DNA of 64,000 nucleotides from an uncultured Oscillibacter sp. (GTDB lineage Bacteria; Bacillota; Clostridia; Oscillospirales; Oscillospiraceae): NCBI RefSeq assembly GCF_910588175.1, contig NZ_CAJUQQ010000005.1; one strand, 5' to 3'. Shown piece by piece: positions 8,898 to 15,854 of this stretch (position 1 is its first letter; each line of letters starts with the position of its first letter). The notes under the pieces were generated by a model. It saw only the letters and a program-made list of their open reading frames with translations, ran no database searches and was not told where the DNA came from. The position numbers and the translations under genes were made by a program.

Positions 8898-10034
8898 TCA
8901 CCTCCCATCCGCCAGGCGCTTCAGGTTCTCCATAAACGCCCGCTTATTCTCCTGGGGCCCGGTGGTGGGCCGTCCCAGATCCTCCCGGGCGCCGATGGCG
9001 CAGCGCACCTCCAGAAGGCACAGCTCCCGCCGCTCCGCGATCTCCGCCAGAGCCGCCTCCAGCGCCTCCGGCGTCTCCGCCGCCAGGGCCCGGGGATAGC
9101 CGCAGGCCCGGGCAATTTCCGGCAGGTCCAGCCCCCCCGCCGCCGTGGGCATCCCGCCCACGGACTCGTGGGCGGCGTTGTTCAGGACCACATGGACCAG
9201 ATTCCCCGGCCCCGCCTGCCCAATGACGGCCATGGCCCCCATGTGCATCAGCAGCGCCCCGTCGCCGTCCAGGCACCAGACCCGGGCCTCCGGCCGGTGG
9301 AGCGCCGCCCCCAGGGCGATGGAGGACGCGTGGCCCATGGACCCCACCGTCAGAAAGTCCCGGCCGTGGCCCTGTCCCCAGCCCTCCCGGAGCTCGAACA
9401 GCTCCCGGCTGGCCTTGCCGGTGGTGGAGACGAAGACGGCCTTCTCCCCCGCGGCGGCGGCAATCCGCCGGATGGCCTCCTCCCGGCTCATGGTATGCCG
9501 GTTCTGATAGACGGTCTTTTTGCCGTAGGTCAGGCCGCCCTTGCGGATGATGAACGCGGCGCTTCCCCCCGCCGCCAGCAGGGGGCGGAAGTCCTCCATC
9601 GCCCTTCGGGCCTCCTCCTCCGGCGTCTCCGGGCCGAGGACGAAGGAGGGAATCTCCAGATCGTCCAGCAGACGCCGGGTCACAGCGCCCTGATAGATGT
9701 GCTGGGGCTCGTCGTGGACGCCGGGCTCCCCCCGCCAGCCCACCACGAAAATCACCGGAATTCCGTACACCTGCCGGTGCAGCAGGGACGCCGCCGGGTT
9801 GATCAGGTTGCCCTCGCCGGAGTTCTGCAAATACACCGCCGGGGTTTTCCCCGTGGCCAGGTGATAGCCCGCCGCCAGGGCGGCGGCGTTTCCCTCGTTG
9901 GCGGCGATGACATGGCGTCGCGGGTCCGTCCCAAGGGTATCCATCAAATAGTCGCACAGCGGCCGCAGCTGGGAGTCCGGAACCCCCGTGTAGAATTCCG
10001 CTCCCAGCAGCTCCGCAAACGCCTCTGCCTTCAT
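8898..10034 (-). CDS. ppd: phosphonopyruvate decarboxylase (ThDP-dependent)
   Basis: About 378 aa. N-terminus FYTGVPDSQLRPLCDYL...AANEGNAAALAAGYHLATGK...YLQNSGEGN and C-terminal LDGDGALLMHMGA (ThDP motif) are typical of Ppd/AepY/Fom2. It is adjacent to a PEP mutase. Confidence 0.85.
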   Translation of the reverse strand: MKAEAFAELLGAEFYTGVPDSQLRPLCDYLMDTLGTDPRRHVIAANEGNAAALAAGYHLATGKTPAVYLQNSGEGNLINPAASLLHRQVYGIPVIFVVGWRGEPGVHDEPQHIYQGAVTRRLLDDLEIPSFVLGPETPEEEARRAMEDFRPLLAAGGSAAFIIRKGGLTYGKKTVYQNRHTMSREEAIRRIAAAAGEKAVFVSTTGKASRELFELREGWGQGHGRDFLTVGSMGHASSIALGAALHRPEARVWCLDGDGALLMHMGAMAVIGQAGPGNLVHVVLNNAAHESVGGMPTAAGGLDLPEIARACGYPRALAAETPEALEAALAEIAERRELCLLEVRCAIGAREDLGRPTTGPQENKRAFMENLKRLADGR

Positions 10035-11101
10035 TGCGCCGCCTCCTCTGATAAAATCTGATGATACAGCCGGTCCACCGTCTCCTCCTCCAGGGGGAGG
10101 GGGTGGTTTTTCAGCCGCTCGGGGTTGACGGAGGTCCGCAGGATGGCGAAATCCTCCCGCCTGGCCGCCGGGCGCTTTAGCTCCAGGCGGCGGAGAAGGG
10201 CCTGAAACCGGGCGACGGACGCCGCCACCGTCTCACAGCCCATGGCCTCCGCCAGGCGGAGAAGCACCGCCTCCAGCGGCGTTCCGGCGGCCCGCTCCGC
10301 CATGTGGGGCCACAGGGCCGCCACGCACAGCGCCGCCGCGTGGCCGTGGGCCGTGCCGTACAGCGTGGTCAGCTTGTAGCACATGGCGTGCCCGGCGGTG
10401 GTCTGGGCGCGGTCAATGGCCCGCCCCGCCAGATGGGCCGCCTCCAGCATCCCGGCGTTTCCCGGCGGCGTGTTGGAAAGATAGCCGTCCAGATACTCCC
10501 AGACCGCCCGGACCGCCCGCCGGGACAGCTCCCGGCTCTCCTCCCCGGCCCGGACGGACCAGAAGGACTCGATGCCATGGCACAGCGCGTCCAGCATGGA
10601 GGCCTTCCGGTGGTAGTCCGGCAGGCTCTCCAGGGCCGCCGGGTCCAGCATCACGGCGGAGGGAAGGCAGCGCTCATGGGCAATGGACTGCTTCTCGCCC
10701 CGGCGGTACACCACGGCGTAGCGGGTGGCCTCGCTGCCCGTCCCCGCCGTGGTGGGGACCGCCAGGAAGGGGATGGGGTCCCCCTCCGCCCACAGCTTCA
10801 CGCACTTGGCCACGTCCAGGGCGCTTCCGCCCCCCACCGCCGCGAGAGCCTGACATCCGGCGGCGCGGAAGGCCGCCTCCGCCGCCTCCGCCTCCTCGTA
10901 CCGCGGATTGGGGCGGAAGCCGGAGAAGCGGACCACCTGAATGCCCAGCCGCTCCTCCAGCGCGTCAAAGTATCCGCCCAGCCTCCATGTTCTAAGGGAG
11001 CTTCCGCAGACCAGAAACAGCCGCTCCGCCCCGGTCTCCCGGAGCCAGCCGTCCAGCTCCCGGTAATCCCGGGAGGGATGAATCCTTCTCTGCTCCATCA
11101 C
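10031..11101 (-). CDS. iron-containing alcohol dehydrogenase family; predicted phosphonoacetaldehyde reductase (2-hydroxyethylphosphonate-forming)
   Basis: Fe-ADH features (AVGGGSALDVAKC, PTTAGTGSE, His-rich metal-site region). ATGA-coupled between PepM and Ppd, as in PhpC/FomC-type clusters. The function is inferred from context. Confidence 0.65.
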   Translation of the reverse strand: MMEQRRIHPSRDYRELDGWLRETGAERLFLVCGSSLRTWRLGGYFDALEERLGIQVVRFSGFRPNPRYEEAEAAEAAFRAAGCQALAAVGGGSALDVAKCVKLWAEGDPIPFLAVPTTAGTGSEATRYAVVYRRGEKQSIAHERCLPSAVMLDPAALESLPDYHRKASMLDALCHGIESFWSVRAGEESRELSRRAVRAVWEYLDGYLSNTPPGNAGMLEAAHLAGRAIDRAQTTAGHAMCYKLTTLYGTAHGHAAALCVAALWPHMAERAAGTPLEAVLLRLAEAMGCETVAASVARFQALLRRLELKRPAARREDFAILRTSVNPERLKNHPLPLEEETVDRLYHQILSEEAAQ

Positions 11102-13107
11102 AGCGTGTCCGGAATCATGCGGATGATCTCGCCGAAGGGCATCAGCTCCCCGTCCGCCTCCAGAGCCCGGTGGTGCCGGAGAATGCTCTCCGCCGCCCGC
11201 CGCATGGCGGGCACCTGGCTGCGCATCAGCTGGTTGGCGTAAATCACGATATTCACGCCCCGCCGCCGGAATTCCTCCTCCGTCACGGCATGGAAGGACG
11301 TGGGCACCACCACCAGCGGCGTGCCCGGGTCCGTCCGGCGGAACCGCTCCACAAAGGTGAAGATCTCCTCCGGCTCCCTTCGCCGGGAGTGAATCATAAT
11401 CCCGTCCGCGCCCGCCTCCACAAAGGCGGAGGCCCGTTTCAGCGCGTCCTCCATGCCCCGCTCCAGAATCAAGCTCTCAATCCGGGCGATGATCATGAAG
11501 TCCGCCGACTTCTGCGCCCGCTTTCCGGCGGCGATCTTGGCGCTGAAATTCTCTATGGAATCCTGGACCTGGGCCGCCTCTGTGCCAAACAGGGAGTTTT
11601 TTTTCAGCCCCTTCTTGTCCTCGATAATCACGGCGGAAACCCCCAGCTTCTCCAGGGAGCGGACCGTGTACACAAAGTGCTCCGTCAGTCCGCCGGTGTC
11701 TCCGTCAAAAATGATGGGCTTCGTGGTGACCTCCGTCAGATCGTCAATCGTGCGGAAGCGGGAGGTCATGTCCACCAGCTCCATGTCCGGCTTGCCCTTG
11801 GCGGTGGAGTCGCAAAGGCTGGAGACCCACATGGCGTCGAAGGCGTAAGCCTTCCCCGCCTCGTGGACCACGGAGTTTTCCACAATCAGGCCGGAGAGGC
11901 CGTCGTGGGCCTCCATGGCGGTCACCAGCCCCTTCAGCTCCAGGAGCCTGCGCAGGCGGCCCCGGCGGCTGTCCGGCAGGGACAGCTCCGCCCGGGAGCG
12001 GCGCTCCAACTCCTGGTAGCGGGGGTCCTTGGAATAGGGGAACTCCACCAGCCGCCCCCCATAGGACGCCAGCACGTCCAGCGTCTCCTCCCGCAGGGGC
12101 TTCTGGAAGCCCTGGCGCCAGTCGTCCCCGTGGACGACGATGTCCGGCTTCAGCGCCAGCAGCGTGGACCGGTAGCTCAGCTCCGGCTGCTCCACCACCC
12201 GCTCCACGCCCTTGATGCTGGCGAAGAGGGTCTTCCGCTCCTCGAAGGGCAGCAGGGGGAAGCGCCGGTAGGAGGCCACCGCCGCGTCGGACAGCACCCC
12301 CACCGTCAGCCGTCCCAGCCCGGCGGCCCGCCGGAGGATGGCCATGTGGCCCCCGTGGAGCATGTCGGAGGAAAAGCACATGTACACCCTCCGGTTCTCC
12401 ACCTCCCGGAGCTTGGCGGTCACCGCCGCCAGGTCCTCCGGCTGGTCCACCTCGCCGCAGAGCATGTTCCGCACGTCCAGGGGGTACAGCGCGCAGGCGT
12501 CCGTCACCTCGTTCAGCGCCTTTTCGGCGTAGCAGCTCCGCTGCCCCTCCTCGCAAAAGCGGACAATCCGGTCCAGCCAGACCAGCCAGTCCGCTTTTTT
12601 CAGGTGGTACAAGGGCTGGGCCGCCTGGGCGTGGCCGAAGAACTCCACCCCCACCTTTTCCACCCGGCCCTCCCGGACGACGGCCTTGAAATCCTTCTCC
12701 GGCAGGGGCGCGGTGGAGCTGACGGCGACGCTGCTTCCCTCCGACTCCAGGGAGAGGCGCAGAACCTCGCTCTCAAACACCAGGTCCCCGTGGAGCAGCA
12801 GGAGGTCGTCCTCCAGATACCCCCGGGCCAGGTAGATGGAATAGATATAATTCGTGCTCCGGTAGTCCGGGTTGCGGACAAAGGCAAGCCGCAGCGGCAA
12901 ATTCAGGCTCTCGCAGTATTCCTCCAGCTGGCCGGGGAAGGGGCCGGTGGTCACCACCGCCTCCTCCACCCCCGCCTCCGCCAGCTGGCGGAGCTGGCGG
13001 CTGAGGATGGTCTCCCCCGGGCTGAGCTCCGTCAGGCACTTGGGCTGGCGGTCCGTCAGGGGGGCCATGCGGGTGCCCATGCCGGAATTCAGAATCAGCG
13101 CTTTCAT
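11098..13107 (-). CDS. pepM: three-domain fusion: LicC/PntC-like NTP-transferase + HxGH cytidylyltransferase + phosphoenolpyruvate mutase
   Basis: Residues 1 to about 230: MKALILNSGMGTRMAPLT..PKCL (sugar/phosphonate nucleotidyltransferase fold). Middle: YMCFSSDMLHGGHMAILR...VVHGDDW (HxGH cytidylyltransferase). C-terminus: MEAHDGLSGLIVE..WVSSLCDS..IIFDGDTGG..EDKKGLKKNS (PEP mutase/isocitrate-lyase superfamily). Confidence 0.85.
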   Translation of the reverse strand: MKALILNSGMGTRMAPLTDRQPKCLTELSPGETILSRQLRQLAEAGVEEAVVTTGPFPGQLEEYCESLNLPLRLAFVRNPDYRSTNYIYSIYLARGYLEDDLLLLHGDLVFESEVLRLSLESEGSSVAVSSTAPLPEKDFKAVVREGRVEKVGVEFFGHAQAAQPLYHLKKADWLVWLDRIVRFCEEGQRSCYAEKALNEVTDACALYPLDVRNMLCGEVDQPEDLAAVTAKLREVENRRVYMCFSSDMLHGGHMAILRRAAGLGRLTVGVLSDAAVASYRRFPLLPFEERKTLFASIKGVERVVEQPELSYRSTLLALKPDIVVHGDDWRQGFQKPLREETLDVLASYGGRLVEFPYSKDPRYQELERRSRAELSLPDSRRGRLRRLLELKGLVTAMEAHDGLSGLIVENSVVHEAGKAYAFDAMWVSSLCDSTAKGKPDMELVDMTSRFRTIDDLTEVTTKPIIFDGDTGGLTEHFVYTVRSLEKLGVSAVIIEDKKGLKKNSLFGTEAAQVQDSIENFSAKIAAGKRAQKSADFMIIARIESLILERGMEDALKRASAFVEAGADGIMIHSRRREPEEIFTFVERFRRTDPGTPLVVVPTSFHAVTEEEFRRRGVNIVIYANQLMRSQVPAMRRAAESILRHHRALEADGELMPFGEIIRMIPDTL

Positions 13108-13613
13108 GCCCGCTCCCTCCCCAGGGCCTCCTCCAGCCGGGTGACGATGGCCTCCGGCGTCTCCCGGCCGTTGTTCTCAATGACAAAATCCGGCCGCTTC
13201 GGCTCGTCGAAGGGGATGTCCATCCCCACCACGTCCTTTCCGGCGGTGTAGAGCCCCTTCTGGTTCCGCCGCAGCAGCACGTCCCTGTCCACCTTGATAT
13301 AAATCTCCCGGTAGTTCTCGATGTTCTCCCGGTTCCAGTCCCGGACGGCGGTGTACATGCAAATGCTGCACACCACCACGTCGATGCCCTGGTCCGAGAG
13401 CATTTTCGCCACGCGGAAGGTCCGCCCCGCGCCCTTGCGGCGGGACTCCTCGCTGTAGCTGATGTCCTCGTTGTACACCAGCCGGATGCTGTCCCCGTCC
13501 AGCAGCACCACGTCGTTTTTCCGGGCTTTCAGGCGGCGGTGAAAGAGCCCGCCCAGGGTCGTCTTTCCCGCGCCGGAGAGGCCGGTGAAGAAATATACCG
13601 TTCCTTTTTCCAT
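13104..13613 (-). CDS. adenylylsulfate (APS) kinase-family P-loop kinase, stand-alone
   Basis: FFTGLSGAGKTTLG, LLDGDSIR, YSEESRRKGAGRTFRVAKML..VVCSICMY and NQKGLY are the CysC fold motifs. No sulfate adenylyltransferase is in the window. Confidence 0.8.
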   Translation of the reverse strand: MEKGTVYFFTGLSGAGKTTLGGLFHRRLKARKNDVVLLDGDSIRLVYNEDISYSEESRRKGAGRTFRVAKMLSDQGIDVVVCSICMYTAVRDWNRENIENYREIYIKVDRDVLLRRNQKGLYTAGKDVVGMDIPFDEPKRPDFVIENNGRETPEAIVTRLEEALGRERA

Positions 13614-13623
13614 AGGGTCCTCC

Positions 13624-15636
13624 TCAGTGGTACAAGGGCTGTTCCAGCAGCGCCGGGTCCAGCCGCAGCGCGGGCATCATCCGCAAGGGCTGGCCCTGGA
13701 GGTTTACCAGGCGGAGGCCCCGCATGAGAATTTTGGAGTTTCGCAGGCGCTTTTCCGCAATCCCGTCGATATAACCGTCCGCCACGGTTTCAATCTCCGC
13801 CTCAATTTCCTCCTCCGTCTGCACCAGACCTTCCGGAGTCTCCCGCGTGTCCCGGAAAAAGTTCTTCCAAGTCTTTTTAATAAACTTATTCATAGTGGTG
13901 AAGCCCCCGATCAGCTTCTCCACCTCCGCTTCGTCCATAGGTCTGCCATCGTAGTATTGGAAATCATACCCGTAATACTCGTAGGCCTCCCGCAGGAAAT
14001 ACTCCAGGAAGCACCGCTCATCATCGTTGACATACCCGTCGTAGGTCTTGTAAATCGCGGCGGGGTCAAAGCCCCGGACGTTGCCCTTATAGCTCTCCGG
14101 GTCCAGCCTGCCCTCGTCGGAGCAATAGGTCAGCGTCTCGGTATAGGGCAGGTCCAAAAACGCCGCCAGGGCGGTAAACGTGGCCTTGGCATTCAGCTTG
14201 CCGTCCTCAAACCGGACCAGGACGCTGTCCCGGTACAGCCGGTCACTGGGGTCGATCATAAAGCTACGGTTCAGGACGCGGTTGAACAGTGCGTCGTCAA
14301 AAATAACGTCCTTCCCCGATTCTTTGATTTTCTCTTCGGCCCGGTCATCCATGAACTTTACCGCCGCGCCATGGCTGGTGGTAATGCGGCGCATGGGGGT
14401 GAAGGTCTTGATATACTTGAAACCCTGGAACAGCGGGGAATTCCGTATTTTCTCATAGTCGCTGGAAAACAGAATCGCCTGGTTTCTCTCCTCGTCCACC
14501 CGCAGGTCGTACACCAGGTTGGGGAAGTGGGGCTGGAAAAACAGGGCCGGTACGATTCGGGAATCCTTGTCCAGCAGGGGATTCTGCTTCTTGTCCCGGA
14601 GATAAATGGCCGCCATGATGTCCTTGGGCGTGCGGCCCTTCATCTCGTAAAGCTGCTTCGCCACCCGGAAGGGCCATGCGCCGAACACCTGGCGCAGTTC
14701 CTTCAGATTCTTCACGCTGAGCAGACTTTTCTCTACCGACTGCACTACCTCCTCCATATTGGATAAGAAAACAGAGGGGTACATCAGCAGATTCGGGTGG
14801 GCGTCGAAGACCTCGTTGAAAAAGTCGCCGCCGTTGTGGGTGGAGAGCTGGGTGTGCCAGATCAGGCGGTTCAGCTCCCGGATATCCACCCCGTGGGGCA
14901 CAAAGCGGCTGTAGTCAATGCCGAAGCGCTCTTTAAAATCAATGGGGTACTGGCTGATCTCCTCCCCGATAAGGAAAACCAGCTTTTGCTCCCGCAGCAG
15001 CGGGCGCAGGTCCAACACCTGGAGGTGCGCGCAGAAGGTCCCCCAGTCCGTATAGTGCAGGTACACATGGTTCTCCCGGGCCACGTGCTCGCTTTTGCGC
15101 ACGTTGTCCCGGAGGTATTCCAATTCATATTGTGAATAAACGTCCTCCGCCAGAATGGGCTTCTCCAAGTCCTTGAAGAAGTTCCGGCTGACGACGGGAT
15201 TTTTGAAGTTGATATAATCCCCGAAGCGCTCCTCCGCCGGGAAGAAGGGGAGGTAGCCGTCGTCGTCATAGGGATAAAACCGGATGGGCAGGTCCTCAAA
15301 GGGGACGAAGTCCTCCCGGAAGAAATAGGGGTATGGGGCCAGCAGGGCGCGGTTTTTCTCGTAGCGCTCCCGCAGGGCCTCCTCATTGGGCTGGTAAAAG
15401 GCCTGGGTCATGACGGACAGCGCGTCCTCCCGGAAGTGCCCGTGATCGTAAAGATTCCGGAAGCAGGTGTAGGAGACCCGGTAGTCCCCCCCGTGCTCCA
15501 GAATGTACAGGGCCGACTCCATGTCCTGGGCCGGGTCCTGTCCGTTGTTCTCGTGAATGGCCAGGGCGTACGCCCGGCAGGCGTCCTCCCCCTGCTCCAG
15601 CTGGGCCAGCTTCCTTGCAATGTCAATCGCTTTCAT
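13624..15636 (-). CDS. 670-aa protein of unknown function; candidate glycan/flagellin-modifying transferase
   Basis: Long ORF directly 3' of fliC, with AAGGAA about 9 nt before the ATG. I could not recognise a family by eye. The C-terminal half has only loose sulfotransferase-like traits (weak). Confidence 0.6.
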   Translation of the reverse strand: MKAIDIARKLAQLEQGEDACRAYALAIHENNGQDPAQDMESALYILEHGGDYRVSYTCFRNLYDHGHFREDALSVMTQAFYQPNEEALRERYEKNRALLAPYPYFFREDFVPFEDLPIRFYPYDDDGYLPFFPAEERFGDYINFKNPVVSRNFFKDLEKPILAEDVYSQYELEYLRDNVRKSEHVARENHVYLHYTDWGTFCAHLQVLDLRPLLREQKLVFLIGEEISQYPIDFKERFGIDYSRFVPHGVDIRELNRLIWHTQLSTHNGGDFFNEVFDAHPNLLMYPSVFLSNMEEVVQSVEKSLLSVKNLKELRQVFGAWPFRVAKQLYEMKGRTPKDIMAAIYLRDKKQNPLLDKDSRIVPALFFQPHFPNLVYDLRVDEERNQAILFSSDYEKIRNSPLFQGFKYIKTFTPMRRITTSHGAAVKFMDDRAEEKIKESGKDVIFDDALFNRVLNRSFMIDPSDRLYRDSVLVRFEDGKLNAKATFTALAAFLDLPYTETLTYCSDEGRLDPESYKGNVRGFDPAAIYKTYDGYVNDDERCFLEYFLREAYEYYGYDFQYYDGRPMDEAEVEKLIGGFTTMNKFIKKTWKNFFRDTRETPEGLVQTEEEIEAEIETVADGYIDGIAEKRLRNSKILMRGLRLVNLQGQPLRMMPALRLDPALLEQPLYH

Positions 15637-15663
15637 TCAACCGATTCCTTTCGTGTTTTCATG

Positions 15664-15700
15664 AACAGAAAACGGGGACGGGCTTGCGCCCGCCCCCGTT
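15664..15700 (-). terminator. rho-independent terminator of fliC
   Basis: The minus-strand RNA reads AACGGGGGCGGGC-GCAA-GCCCGTCCCCGTT followed by TTTTCTGT. Confidence 0.8.
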
Positions 15701-15790
15701 TGGCTGTGGGTATCATAGGGTCTTGTATTCCGCGTCTCCCGTCCCCCCTCCGACGCAAACCAGCGAAGCGTTTGCGGAGGAAGAGGAAGC

Positions 15791-15850
15791 GCAAGGGAGC
15801 GGGCGCAGTTTTCGCCGTCAGGCGGAAACGGAGCCAAGCGGACTTTGCGC
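15791..15850 (-). repeat. REP-like structured 3'-UTR element, copy A (after fliC)
   Basis: mRNA sense: GCGCAAAGTCCGCTTGGCTCCGTTTCCGCCTGACGGCGAAAACTGCGCCCGCTCCCTTGC. Near-identical flanks recur at 40212-40283 and the core recurs at 46695-46732. Confidence 0.8.
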
Positions 15851-15854
15851 CGAA

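Noticed and set aside
9132-9138. Homopolymeric C7 in ppd (also C8 at 30907-30914 in dnaX and C7 near 24664) as contingency-locus tracts.
   Set aside because: The tracts are short for slippage-based phase variation. The C8 simply encodes a poly-Pro linker in DnaX. All the genes are in frame.
13624-15636. Calling the 670-aa protein a Maf-type flagellin glycosyltransferase or a sulfotransferase.
   Set aside because: I could not identify diagnostic motifs of either family by eye. The resemblance (for example STHNGGDFF..HPNLL against a PAPS-binding loop) is too loose, so it is left as unknown and the idea is kept only as a hypothesis.
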